A stretch of DNA of 64,000 bases from Candidatus Pacearchaeota archaeon (GCA_041651235.1 JBAZJQ010000001.1:31673-95672), one strand, 5' to 3'; positions 8,805 to 18,700 are shown, counted from the stretch's first letter. Numbers and translations are program-made. Notes: a model not told the origin generated them from the sequence alone.

Positions 8805-9512
8805 TTAGTTGCCTGTTTTTTTAATTACTTTAAATAGAATTAGCAAGAAAATTCCTGTTGATGCAAGATAAATAAACAGCTGGAAATTATTGAAAACATC
8901 TGGAATTAATATGTCCAGGATGTTTAATATCCAAAAAATAAATAGTAACAGATAAATCATGTATAAATTATTTTTCTTATGTTTGTTATTGTGAGCAAAA
9001 TAAAGCATTATTGAAATGGATATAACTAATATTAGATTTAATAAAAGATGGATTATAGGGTTTCTCGTTATAATACTTATCACCGCAATTAAAACAGCTA
9101 ATGCATGGAAACTATAAATTTTATTTGAATTATTTGATTTCCACATAACACTATATAACAAATAAAATATAGACATTGCACTGAAATACATAAATAATAA
9201 CAGAGTTAGATTTCCAAACTGATTAAAAACTTTTGGTGAAAAATCAATTATCCGGTTTATCCCAAAATACAATAAAATAACCTTGATAAATGACCTGAAG
9301 AAATAAGCTAATGCAAAAAACAAGAAACTTAATCTAAAATACTTTAATCCTTTGTAAGAACTTAATTCGTAAAGTTCTTTTGTTCCAAAATAAATAATTA
9401 AGCTGCATGCAATTATAATAAAAGAATATAAAATTTCTGTTCCAAACCCAGCTACAAGAAATTTATCTGCTAGTTGATTCCCTAGAATAACTTTTCCTGA
9501 AATTGGTGGCAT
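8805..9512 (-). CDS. Polytopic membrane protein (about 7 TM), possible sensor
   Basis: Multiple hydrophobic segments; abuts the regulator gene. Confidence 0.75.
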   Translation of the reverse strand: MPPISGKVILGNQLADKFLVAGFGTEILYSFIIIACSLIIYFGTKELYELSSYKGLKYFRLSFLFFALAYFFRSFIKVILLYFGINRIIDFSPKVFNQFGNLTLLLFMYFSAMSIFYLLYSVMWKSNNSNKIYSFHALAVLIAVISIITRNPIIHLLLNLILVISISIMLYFAHNNKHKKNNLYMIYLLLFIFWILNILDILIPDVFNNFQLFIYLASTGIFLLILFKVIKKTGN

Positions 9513-9561
9513 TTTAGTTAATTATACATATTCTTTTTATATTTAAGTCTTTATAAGACCT

Positions 9562-9578
9562 ATGGATTTTTAATCCAT
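9562..9578. promoter_or_regulatory. Operator ATGGA-N7-TCCAT, site 1
   Basis: ATGGATTTTTAATCCAT, 4 nt before TTTAAATA. Confidence 0.7.
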
Positions 9579-9641
9579 CTTCTTTAAATAAGAAATTTTT
9601 CTAATAAAATTATGAAATTCATATCAATGAAAGGAGGTAAA

Positions 9642-10034
9642 ATGGAAAGAAAATATGTACTAACAATAATGGCTGTGTCCCTTGTTGCTATTCTTGGGGT
9701 TGGAGCTGTTTCTGCATTTGGTTTTGGAAATGGATTCTTTAATTCTGCAACTGATGAAGAAAAAGCTGCTATGAAAGAAAACCAAGATGCAATGAGAACT
9801 GCTATTGAAAATAATGATTATGCGACATGGAAAACTCTAATGGAAGGACAAATTGCACAAATGCAATCTAAGATAACTGAAGAGAATTTCAATGATATAG
9901 TTGCAAATCATGCAAAAATGTCTGAGATGCAGTCAGAAATGAATACTTTAAGACAAAAGTATGGCATGGAAAGCGAAAATCCTGGCATGAGAGGCGCGGG
10001 AAAAGGTGAAGGGAAATGTCCTTTTGCTGAATAA
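9642..10034 (+). CDS. Secreted or membrane-anchored helical protein
   Basis: GGAGGT before ATG 9642; signal peptide; AIENNDYATWK motif. Confidence 0.75.
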   Translation: MERKYVLTIMAVSLVAILGVGAVSAFGFGNGFFNSATDEEKAAMKENQDAMRTAIENNDYATWKTLMEGQIAQMQSKITEENFNDIVANHAKMSEMQSEMNTLRQKYGMESENPGMRGAGKGEGKCPFAE

Positions 10035-10056
10035 AATTATTTTTTTTAATTCTTAA

Positions 10057-10073
10057 ATGGATTTGAAGTCCAT
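10057..10073. promoter_or_regulatory. Operator ATGGA-N7-TCCAT, site 2
   Basis: ATGGATTTGAAGTCCAT, 4 nt before CTTATAAA. Confidence 0.7.
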
Positions 10074-10106
10074 TTGGCTTATAAATAAAGATATCTAAAT
10101 TGGATT

Positions 10107-10427
10107 ATGAAAAATAAAATTGGGATTATCTTGATAGTGATTATTATTGCTGTATCCCTTGTTGGAGGATATTTCTTAATAAATAATAAACATAATCGCA
10201 CTGATTTTCCAGGTATACAAAACAATGAATTTGACAAAAAGGGATTTAATCAAACATTTAATGAAGACACAAAAAGTGAAATAATTTCTTTTTTTGAAAA
10301 TAATGAAGCAGAGAGTATAAAAGATTATTGTAATAAAAATCCTCCTTATTGCATGTATTATTGCAGAGAAATAGATTCTTCAAATGAAATCTGTTCGCAG
10401 ATGCAACCCCCGGACCCAAGAAAATGA
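10107..10427 (+). CDS. Membrane-anchored protein with 4-Cys motif
   Basis: N-terminal TM; YC..NPPYCMYYC...C; overlaps next start (ATGA). Confidence 0.7.
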   Translation: MKNKIGIILIVIIIAVSLVGGYFLINNKHNRTDFPGIQNNEFDKKGFNQTFNEDTKSEIISFFENNEAESIKDYCNKNPPYCMYYCREIDSSNEICSQMQPPDPRK

Positions 10428-11116
10428 AACAGGATACGATTATTAGAATAGAAAATGTTTGGAAAAAATATGAGATGGGGAAAGCAGAACCTCTTGTGGT
10501 TTTAAAAGAGATAAATCTAGACATTAAAAAAGGAGAATTTGTTGCAATAACCGGCCCTTCTGGAAGTGGAAAAAGTACAATGGTGAATATTGTTGGTGCT
10601 TTAGACCGCCCCTCCTGGGGAAATGTGTTTTTAGAAAATAAAAATATAGAAGAAATGGATGAATCTTCTCTTGCTTTTCTAAGAGGAAAAACAATTGGAT
10701 TTATTTTTCAGCAATTTAATTTACTTCCAACTCTAACTGCACTTCAGAATGTTATGCTCCCTATGGAAATGACTGGTGAAGATGAATTAGTCGCAAAACA
10801 AAGAGCAACAAAATTATTAGAATCTTTGGGGCTGGGAGATCGATTAGATCATAAACCCAATGAATTATCTGGGGGACAACAGCAAAGAGTTGCTATTGCA
10901 AGAGCCTTATCTAATAATCCCAAATTAGTATTAGCAGATGAACCTACAGGAAATCTTGACAGCACAACAGGGAAATTTGTTATGGATTATTTAGGAAAAT
11001 TAAATCAAGAAGGAAAAACGATTGTTCTTATCACCCATGATTTAAATCTTGTGAAATATGCAAAAAAAATTGTGTATATTAAAGATGGTAAAATTGAAAA
11101 AGAGGCAAAAAATTAG
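10424..11116 (+). CDS. ABC transporter ATPase (LolD/MacB type)
   Basis: GPSGSGKS, LSGGQQQR, LADEPTGNLD, ITHD. Confidence 0.95.
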   Translation: MKQDTIIRIENVWKKYEMGKAEPLVVLKEINLDIKKGEFVAITGPSGSGKSTMVNIVGALDRPSWGNVFLENKNIEEMDESSLAFLRGKTIGFIFQQFNLLPTLTALQNVMLPMEMTGEDELVAKQRATKLLESLGLGDRLDHKPNELSGGQQQRVAIARALSNNPKLVLADEPTGNLDSTTGKFVMDYLGKLNQEGKTIVLITHDLNLVKYAKKIVYIKDGKIEKEAKN

Positions 11117-11132
11117 TGGATCTCGGGTCCAT
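11116..11132. promoter_or_regulatory. Operator RTGGA-N7-TCCAT, site 3
   Basis: GTGGATCTCGGGTCCAT, 4 nt before TTTATAAA. Confidence 0.65.
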
Positions 11133-11165
11133 TTTATTTATAAACAAATTTTGAATGATTAAAAA

Positions 11166-12251
11166 ATGAAAAGAGAAAAAAAACATATAATAAACCTTTT
11201 TACTATTATATTTTTAATTGTAATTTTTATGAATTATGTTTCTGCTTCATATTCAGGTACTCCTTGCAGTTTAACGGTTAATATGATTAATCAAGACCCT
11301 TATCCGGCTGTCCCTAATGAATACGTAGATGTTGTTTTCCAGGTAAGCGGAGTTTCAAATACAAACTGTGAAGGAACTATCTTTGAATTAATACCTACCT
11401 ATCCTTTTTCACTTGATGGTAGCGACGCAGTTAAAGTTCTTGAAGGAAGCACCTGGACTTCTAATTCAAAAAAAGACTGGATGATTCCCTATAAATTAAG
11501 AATTGATAAAGATGCATTAGATGGAGATAATGAAATTGAAATTTATTATACTGAAGGAGATAATACTCCTAAAACTCAAATAACTAAAATATTTAATATC
11601 ACAATACAGGACTCAAGAACAAGTTTTGATGCAGTAATTCAAGAGACAAGTGGAAGTGATGTTTCGATAGCTATTGCAAATGTAGGAAAATATGCTGCTA
11701 ATTCAGTTATTGTAAAAATCCCTGAACAAGATTCATTTACAACAAGCGGAACTAATGGGCAAATGGTTGGAAATTTAGAAAGTGGGGATTATACTTTAGT
11801 TGGATTTACAATTACTAAAAAAATGGGTATGCCTAATGATTTTAAAAATAAAACTTCTGATACAAATATACAGACAAATTCTGATACATTAAAATTTGAT
11901 ATTTATTATACAGATAATATTGGAGAAAGAAGAGTAGTCAATATGGAGTTACCCTTGCAAATTGCAGGCAATTCTTCGATGGCTCAATTTAATGGAAATT
12001 TTCCTGGAAGAAAGACAAGTTCCTGGTGGTCTAATTGGTACATCTTACTGATAATTTTAATTTGTGTTATTATATTTTTCTTTATATACAAGAGATACCC
12101 TAGACAAACAAAAGACTTCTTAAATAAACTAAAAAGTAAATTAAAAAAAACATCAGAAAAAGAAGAAGAAGCAATTATTAGAGATTTCAATAAAGTATCT
12201 GCAAAAATACCTGATTGGGTTAAGAATTCAAAGACAAAGGAGAAAAAATAA
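11166..12251 (+). CDS. COG1361-like S-layer domain protein associated with the ABC exporter
   Basis: Signal peptide, NQDPYPAVPNEYV, IANVG..AANSV, VGNLESGDYT, C-terminal TM. Confidence 0.75.
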   Translation: MKREKKHIINLFTIIFLIVIFMNYVSASYSGTPCSLTVNMINQDPYPAVPNEYVDVVFQVSGVSNTNCEGTIFELIPTYPFSLDGSDAVKVLEGSTWTSNSKKDWMIPYKLRIDKDALDGDNEIEIYYTEGDNTPKTQITKIFNITIQDSRTSFDAVIQETSGSDVSIAIANVGKYAANSVIVKIPEQDSFTTSGTNGQMVGNLESGDYTLVGFTITKKMGMPNDFKNKTSDTNIQTNSDTLKFDIYYTDNIGERRVVNMELPLQIAGNSSMAQFNGNFPGRKTSSWWSNWYILLIILICVIIFFFIYKRYPRQTKDFLNKLKSKLKKTSEKEEEAIIRDFNKVSAKIPDWVKNSKTKEKK

Positions 12252-12266
12252 ATAGTCTCTTTTAAA

Positions 12267-13541
12267 ATGAGATTAAAAAAATCTTTTCAACTGGCCCTTA
12301 ATATTTTTGTCCACAGCAAATTGAGAAGCTGGTTAACTATTATTGGAATAATCATTGGAATTGCTGCAGTAGTTAGTATTATTTCTATGAGCCTTGGTGC
12401 TCAGCAGCAATTAGAAGAAAGACTTGGAAGTCTTGGAGCAGATATTCTTACAGTCAGCCCAGGAATGTCAAGAGCACAGGGAATTGGATTTGGAGGAGGA
12501 CCTATGGAGGAAAGAAGTTCATCTAGTTCTACTTCTAGTGACTCAAAAAATTTAACTGCAAAAGATGTTATGGTTTTGAAAAGTATTTCTAATGTAAAAT
12601 ATGTTATGGGAAGTGTATCTGGAAGAGCAGATGTAACTTATTCAAGTAAAACTGCAAAAGACCAAAGCATTAGCGGGGTTGATACTTCTATATGGAAGGA
12701 AATTACTACTGAAACACTAAGTTCTGGGAGATTTTTAACAGAGGGGGATATGTATTCAGTAGTGATAGGAGAAAATTTAGCTGAATCTACTTTTGATTCT
12801 GAAATATCCATAAACACTAAAATAATTATTGAAGGCAAGTCTTTTAATGTTGTTGGAATTCTTAGTGGAGGCAGAACAATCTACATGCCTATAGGTGCTG
12901 CTAGAATAGTCTTAGAAGATGTTGGAAATAATGAATTTAATTCTATCTCTGTAAAAATAGAAGATGTAAGTATCTCTGAAGATACAGTAACTGCGATTAC
13001 TAAAAAATTAATGATGGCCCGGGGAATAGTTTCTGAAAAAAAAGTTGATTTCTCGGTTACAAATCCCTCATCAATGCAGGAAACTATGGAAGAAACAATG
13101 AATACTATGACTCTTTTCTTGGGAGCAATAGCAGCAATTTCTTTATTAGTTGGAGCAATTGGAATTGCAAATACTATGTTCACTTCGGTTTTGGAAAAAA
13201 CAAAAGAGATAGGAATAATGAAAGCCATAGGTGCACAAAATAAAGATATTTTAGCTATTTTTCTTTTAAATTCAGCGTTAATAGGATTAATCGGGGGACT
13301 GGGAGGGGTAATTTTAGGAATAATTTCTTCAACTACTATAAACAGTTTTGCAGGAATAGGAAGTTCTGTTAGTGGTCCTGGAAGAGGAATGTTAGGGGCT
13401 CTTGGGAGCTCTTCATCAATTAGTTTTACACTTATTTTTGGGTCCTTGTTCTTTGCAGTTATAATTGGGATGATTGCCGGAGCAATTCCTGCTTATAGAG
13501 CATCTAAATTAAATCCAGTTGATGCTCTTAGATATGAATAA
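12267..13541 (+). CDS. ABC transporter permease (MacB/FtsX family)
   Basis: RSWLTIIGIIIG, GIANTMFTSVLEKTKEIGIMKAIGA, PAYRASKLNPVDALRYE. Confidence 0.95.
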   Translation: MRLKKSFQLALNIFVHSKLRSWLTIIGIIIGIAAVVSIISMSLGAQQQLEERLGSLGADILTVSPGMSRAQGIGFGGGPMEERSSSSSTSSDSKNLTAKDVMVLKSISNVKYVMGSVSGRADVTYSSKTAKDQSISGVDTSIWKEITTETLSSGRFLTEGDMYSVVIGENLAESTFDSEISINTKIIIEGKSFNVVGILSGGRTIYMPIGAARIVLEDVGNNEFNSISVKIEDVSISEDTVTAITKKLMMARGIVSEKKVDFSVTNPSSMQETMEETMNTMTLFLGAIAAISLLVGAIGIANTMFTSVLEKTKEIGIMKAIGAQNKDILAIFLLNSALIGLIGGLGGVILGIISSTTINSFAGIGSSVSGPGRGMLGALGSSSSISFTLIFGSLFFAVIIGMIAGAIPAYRASKLNPVDALRYE

Positions 13542-13585
13542 AAACAAATATAAACTCCTTTTTAGATATAATATAAAAGAGGAAA

Positions 13586-13750
13586 ATGGGATTACAGGAC
13601 ATTCAAATTTTAGCGCAGTTATCTGATAATTTAGATATAACCCTGCGAAGATTAGAAGAAGCTTATGAGAAAAAGGATAGTGAAAATTTTTTTCTTGCTA
13701 AAAAGGAGATTCTAGAGACACAGAAAAAAATCTCAGAGGTATTAAAATGA
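13586..13750 (+). CDS. Small helical protein (54 aa) coupled to the first TadC-like gene
   Basis: MGLQDIQILAQLSDNLDITLRRLEEAYEKKDSENFFLAKKEILETQKKISEVLK; AGAGG upstream; ATGA overlap with 13747. Confidence 0.65.
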   Translation: MGLQDIQILAQLSDNLDITLRRLEEAYEKKDSENFFLAKKEILETQKKISEVLK

Positions 13751-15117
13751 GTCTCGAAGCATTAAAAGAAAATATTGCACATTCTAAGGAGATAATTCGG
13801 GAAATATATATCTTCTCAAATCAGTTAGAAATAATACATGCTTTAGAGAGCAAAGGCAGAAGCGCTATTGATGAAAATGAGAAAAGACTTTTAGTAGATG
13901 CTATTAGCGGGTTATGGGGGCAATTAAGAATATTAAATGGGTCAATTCCCAGTTTAGTGGAGAATATTGGATTTTACAAACAACTTGAAACAACTTCTGC
14001 AAATGTTTCTGAAAGAACTGAAAAAATCCCTAAAAAGTTAATCCAGATTAAATATAAACCTGGGGAACAGCAATCGGATATTTCTTTAACTATTAGTGAA
14101 AAAGACAGAATGGCTTTCCTGGAAAATTTAAGCAAGAGCAATCTTTCTATAAATCAATTAAAAAAGAAATATGGTGTTGAAAAACCAACAGGATCAACTT
14201 TTGGGAAACCAAATTTTTATGCTAAAATATCTAATAAACTTTTTCGAGAATTTTCTAATAAGTTATTGCAAAAAGGAAAGTTAGATAAAATAAACAAAGA
14301 TTTAAGAAAAATGAATTCTCCTTTTTTAGTTACTACTTACACTTCAATGATATTTTTTACTATGATTATTACTTTAGTTGCAAGTATCTTTATTTTTATT
14401 TTATTATTATTTTACAACATTGGATTAACATTTCCATTTTTAAGTCCCTATGAGGGAGATATCTTGACCAGAATAATCCAAACTCTCTGGATAATTATTG
14501 TAATCCCCTCGACAACAGGAATATTAATGTATTTATATCCTTCAAGTGAAGCTAAAAATATTGGCGGGAAAATTGATCAAGAACTTCCTTTTATTACAAT
14601 TCATATGTCTGCTATATCTACTTCAGGAGTAGAGCCTCAGAATATATTTAAAATTATCCTTAAGAGCAAAGAATATAAGTATTCAAATATGGAATTTAGA
14701 AAATTAATTAATCTTGTTAATTTCCAAGGATATGACTTAGTTACTGCATTAAAGAAAAGTGCTAAATCTTCTCCTTCTGTTAAACTAAGGGAATTATTAA
14801 ATGGATTTGCTACTGCAATTACTTCTGGAGGAAATTTACATGAGTTTTTAGACAAACATGCAGATACGCTGCTTTTTGATTATAAATTAGAAAGAGAAAA
14901 GTATACAAAAACTTCAGAAACATTTATGGATATCTATATCAGTGTTGTAATTGCTGCTCCAATGATCTTACTAATGCTGTTTATAATCATGGGAAGCACA
15001 GGAATGAACTGGATGGGGATTAGTTCTTCAATTATGGGATTTTTAATTATACTTATGATTGCTTTCCTTAATGCTGCTTTCCTGATGTTCTTAAAATTAA
15101 AACAACCGGTATTTTAA
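13747..15117 (+). CDS. Type IV pilus platform protein (TadC/GspF family)
   Basis: IDQELPFITIHMSAISTSG, LRELLNGFATAITSGG, TM helices. Confidence 0.9.
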   Translation: MSLEALKENIAHSKEIIREIYIFSNQLEIIHALESKGRSAIDENEKRLLVDAISGLWGQLRILNGSIPSLVENIGFYKQLETTSANVSERTEKIPKKLIQIKYKPGEQQSDISLTISEKDRMAFLENLSKSNLSINQLKKKYGVEKPTGSTFGKPNFYAKISNKLFREFSNKLLQKGKLDKINKDLRKMNSPFLVTTYTSMIFFTMIITLVASIFIFILLLFYNIGLTFPFLSPYEGDILTRIIQTLWIIIVIPSTTGILMYLYPSSEAKNIGGKIDQELPFITIHMSAISTSGVEPQNIFKIILKSKEYKYSNMEFRKLINLVNFQGYDLVTALKKSAKSSPSVKLRELLNGFATAITSGGNLHEFLDKHADTLLFDYKLEREKYTKTSETFMDIYISVVIAAPMILLMLFIIMGSTGMNWMGISSSIMGFLIILMIAFLNAAFLMFLKLKQPVF

Positions 15118-15118
15118 A

Positions 15119-16000
15119 ATGAAAACTGATAAAATAATAAGATTTGTAAAAATAAATAAACAAAAAATAATAGCGATAGTTATTGCTTTAATTACCGCGA
15201 TACTTTCTTATATATTCCTAAATGGAAGCGACATATTTTATTTTATCCTTGGAATAGCTTTTGTAATTGCTTCTTTGCCTTTTATTATCTCTTTAATTTT
15301 AGCAGGTGATGCAGAAAGAAAAAAAGATGAGATGTTTCTAGAGTTTGCAAGAAACTTAGTTGAGAGTGTTAAAGCAGGAACTCCAATAAGCAAGAGCATC
15401 TTAAACATAAGAAACAAGGACTTTGGTCCATTAAATCCTTATGTGGATAAATTAGCAAATCAAATTTCATTAGGAATACCAGTAAAAGCTGCATTAGACA
15501 CTTTTGCAAGAGATATTGGAAGCCAGACAATAACCAGAGCAGTAACTATTATAAGTGAATCTGAAAAGGCAGGAGGAAGAATAGAAGATATTTTGGACTC
15601 TGTTGCTAAATCTGTTTCTCAAGTTGAAATACTTAAAAAAGAAAGAAGAGCAACAATGTATAATCTTGTTGTTCAGGGATATATTATATTCATGATATTT
15701 ATTGTAATAATCTTAGTATTGCAATTTAAGGTTCTTCCAATTGCTGCTCAATTAGGAAGTGCAGATGTAGAGGGAGCTAATATTCCGGTTAGTTTGGGGG
15801 GATTTGGAGGAGGGAATGTTGCAAGTGTAGAAGACTTAACGAGACCTTTTATTTATTTATTATTAGTCCAAGGATTTTTCGCGGGATTAGTAATTGGAAA
15901 ACTATCTGAAGGAAAAATAAAAGCAGGACTAAAACATTCATTTGTCTTGATAATCTTAGCTATATTAATTTCAACAGGAGCTAAAGCATTTTTATCATAA
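15119..16000 (+). CDS. Type IV pilus platform protein (TadC/GspF family)
   Basis: FLEFARNLVESVKAG, SEKAGG, QGFFAGLVIGKLSEG..KAGLKH. Confidence 0.9.
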   Translation: MKTDKIIRFVKINKQKIIAIVIALITAILSYIFLNGSDIFYFILGIAFVIASLPFIISLILAGDAERKKDEMFLEFARNLVESVKAGTPISKSILNIRNKDFGPLNPYVDKLANQISLGIPVKAALDTFARDIGSQTITRAVTIISESEKAGGRIEDILDSVAKSVSQVEILKKERRATMYNLVVQGYIIFMIFIVIILVLQFKVLPIAAQLGSADVEGANIPVSLGGFGGGNVASVEDLTRPFIYLLLVQGFFAGLVIGKLSEGKIKAGLKHSFVLIILAILISTGAKAFLS

Positions 16001-16097
16001 AATGAAAAACTTTTTTTATATTTTTTAAGTGATGATAAAATTAAGAAAAGTTTTTTAAAGTAGAAGATAATGATTATGTTATATAAAAGGAAATGAT

Positions 16098-16742
16098 ATG
16101 AAGAATAAACTTAATAAATTAATAGAGGATAAGGGTGCACAGGCGCATGTAGAAATGATTTTATCAATTACATTGTTTGTTGGATTTTTGGTTTTTATTT
16201 TTATAATATTGAATCCATTTGGTGATTCAAAAAATGCCTCCTTTATCGGAAATGTTGAAAGAGCGGTTATGACAAACATAACTGAAAATTTTGGCAAATT
16301 AAGTATTATAATGGATGTTGCTAACACTTGTTATAGCAGTATTCCTCCAGGATATCCTGGAAACTATCAAGGAAAAAAGATTAATGACCGATTATATCAT
16401 GTTTATTTTTCAGATTCCTTTTCAAATAATCTGGGCTGTACTGGCCCCGATGGAACTTATAGCATTGGAACTTTTTCAAATGAAGAAATTGTTAGTTATG
16501 ATAATTTACAAAAATTAAAAACAAATTATGAAAATGAGTATAATAGATTAAGAACAAGTTTAGGCTTGGGAAATGAATTTACATTTACTATTAGAACATT
16601 GGAGGGATTAGATATTGGATTAAATCCAATTGTTAAAAATCCTCCAAAGGGAGTTAATGTTGAAGCAAAAGATATTCCAATAAGAGTTATTAACTCCAGT
16701 GGAGATATATCTGAATTAATATTAAATATAAAAGCGTGGTAG
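16098..16742 (+). CDS. Pilin-like protein
   Basis: KGA|QAHVEMILS class III-like signal. Confidence 0.7.
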   Translation: MKNKLNKLIEDKGAQAHVEMILSITLFVGFLVFIFIILNPFGDSKNASFIGNVERAVMTNITENFGKLSIIMDVANTCYSSIPPGYPGNYQGKKINDRLYHVYFSDSFSNNLGCTGPDGTYSIGTFSNEEIVSYDNLQKLKTNYENEYNRLRTSLGLGNEFTFTIRTLEGLDIGLNPIVKNPPKGVNVEAKDIPIRVINSSGDISELILNIKAW

Positions 16743-16744
16743 GT

Positions 16745-16829
16745 GTATAAATAAAAGAATAAACAATGAAGCTACTGATATTAAGCTTAATCAACAGAAG
16801 TTAAGATGTTTAAATTTACATATTACCAA
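16745..16829 (-). repeat. Dispersed intergenic element, copy 4 (reverse)
   Basis: ATTAAGCTTAATCAACAGAAGTTAAGATGTTTAAATT, closely matching 59422-59458. Confidence 0.75.
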
Positions 16830-16845
16830 AATACAACAAGACAAA

Positions 16846-17253
16846 ATGGCAAAAAGATTTGATAGAAAGGCGTGGATAAAAATTGTAGAGGCATTTTTAG
16901 CTATTTTAATCATAAGCACAGCCTTGTTAGTTATTTTATCTGAACAGCCTAAAAAAATAGATAACAGCGAGGATATTTATTTATTGCAAAGACAGATTCT
17001 AGAAATTATAAGCAAAAATAATAGTTTAAGAGAAGATGTTTTGGGTTTAGATTATGCTCCCATTAATAACACCATAAGAAAAATGCTTTCACCTGCATTT
17101 GATTTTGACACTAAGATATGTGATTTAAAAGAAATATGCAATCCTTCAAATCTTCCAACAGATAAAGATGTTTATTCAACTGAAATTGTAATAACCGCTA
17201 CATTAACACAATATCAACCCCAAAAATTAAGATTCTTTGTCTGGGGAAAATAA
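16846..17253 (+). CDS. Pilin-like protein
   Basis: RKA|WIKIVEAFLAILI. Confidence 0.7.
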   Translation: MAKRFDRKAWIKIVEAFLAILIISTALLVILSEQPKKIDNSEDIYLLQRQILEIISKNNSLREDVLGLDYAPINNTIRKMLSPAFDFDTKICDLKEICNPSNLPTDKDVYSTEIVITATLTQYQPQKLRFFVWGK

Positions 17254-17281
17254 GAAGAGAAAATAATAAAAGAAATAATGA

Positions 17282-17364
17282 TTAATAATCTCTACACTTA
17301 GATAGTTTGCAGATGAGGAGATTAAAATATTTTTGAGATTATTTATTGTGGAGAATATATAAAA
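17282..17364 (+). repeat. Dispersed intergenic element, copy 5
   Basis: TTAATAAT(17282)...GCAGATGA(17309)-GGAG-ATTAAAAT. Confidence 0.8.
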
Positions 17365-17898
17365 TTATTTACAACAAACCATATATAAAACATTTTTAGA
17401 GCCAGAGGCATCTCCATCGTCTGCTAAACATCCATTATCATACATTGATGCATCTAAGTCATCAGTGCCTACAGCTAGATGAACACACCCCGTTCTCATC
17501 CATCCATTTTTACAGTTCATACCAAATGAAGGGCCCACATCAGGATCTGAATAATCATTTACTTGATCGATAATATTAGTTATTGCTCCAGGATTTGAAC
17601 CAGTATAACTAACCATCGTTGCAGTTCCGTCTTCAACTCTTTTTAGAGTAACACAGCTTAAACTACTTGCAGAACATTCCCACCCATTTCCTGCAGAATT
17701 AACTTTTAAATAAGTTCCTGCTGTACAACCAACTCCAGAGGGAGCAGAAATCGCACTCAAATCATGACCTGGATTTTCAGCAACTCCCGGAGACCAAGAA
17801 ATTACAAACCCCACACTAATCAAAAAAATCATTAAAGCTCCTAATAGAAATAAATTTCTTTTTTCAAGTTTTAAATTGATATTAATGCTTTTTGCCAT
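17365..17898 (-). CDS. Membrane-anchored Cys-rich surface protein, adhesin-like
   Basis: N-terminal TM, NPGH motif, C-terminal CKNGWMRTGC...YMVCCK. Confidence 0.65.
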   Translation of the reverse strand: MAKSININLKLEKRNLFLLGALMIFLISVGFVISWSPGVAENPGHDLSAISAPSGVGCTAGTYLKVNSAGNGWECSASSLSCVTLKRVEDGTATMVSYTGSNPGAITNIIDQVNDYSDPDVGPSFGMNCKNGWMRTGCVHLAVGTDDLDASMYDNGCLADDGDASGSKNVLYMVCCK

Positions 17899-17957
17899 CT
17901 CTTTTCTAAAATATATAGAAAACTATTATTTATAAATATTGGGGTATTTTGTTATTT

Positions 17958-18398
17958 ATGAAGAATATGGGAAATTTTGAAAATAAAGATAAGTTCAAAT
18001 TCTTAGAACATACAGCAGATATTAAGTTTCAGGCATTTGGAGAAACACTTGAAAAAGCATTTGAAAATTCTGCTTATGCATTAAAAGATATTATAAGCAA
18101 AGATAAAACTAAGAATGAAATAATAAAGAGGATTAAAATTAATGGGAAGGATCTTGAAAGTTTGCTATTGAATTTTTTAGAAGAATTTTTGATTTTATTT
18201 GACATGGAAGGTTTTTTACTTTCAGAAATCTCAAAGATTAAAATAGATAAGAATAATTTTGTCTTAACTGCAGAAATTTTTGGAGATTATGCAGGAAAAT
18301 ATGAAATTAGAAATCATGTTAAAGCAATTACCTATAATGAAATGTTTGTTAAAAAGCATAAAAATACTTATATAATCCAAGTTGTAGTTGATGTGTAA
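17958..18398 (+). CDS. Archease
   Basis: FLEHTADIKF, VKAITYNEM, C-terminal VVDV; near rtcB; start uncertain. Confidence 0.95.
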   Translation: MKNMGNFENKDKFKFLEHTADIKFQAFGETLEKAFENSAYALKDIISKDKTKNEIIKRIKINGKDLESLLLNFLEEFLILFDMEGFLLSEISKIKIDKNNFVLTAEIFGDYAGKYEIRNHVKAITYNEMFVKKHKNTYIIQVVVDV

Positions 18399-18670
18399 TG
18401 TTCAGAAAATTGATTTTGTCAATAAGAAATTTATATTCTTTTTTAAAAGAAGTAGACAATCTATGCCAAAACGTTATAGAGAAAAGAGAATATATTAAAC
18501 CAAAACGCTTTTATTCTATGACCAGAAGAGGAAAATTAGCAGAATTAGACTATAATATTGAAGTCCCTGATGGAGGATTTGTACACAGAGGGAAATATGA
18601 TGGTAAAAATTATTTTACATTCACTGAAAATAGAGTTATCGGATTAGAAAGCAGATGTGAGAATAGATAA
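18398..18670 (+). CDS. Hypothetical protein
   Basis: 90-aa ORF overlapping the archease stop. Confidence 0.55.
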   Translation: MFRKLILSIRNLYSFLKEVDNLCQNVIEKREYIKPKRFYSMTRRGKLAELDYNIEVPDGGFVHRGKYDGKNYFTFTENRVIGLESRCENR

Positions 18671-18700
18671 AATTAAATAATGAATTTTTCTTGATAAAAT

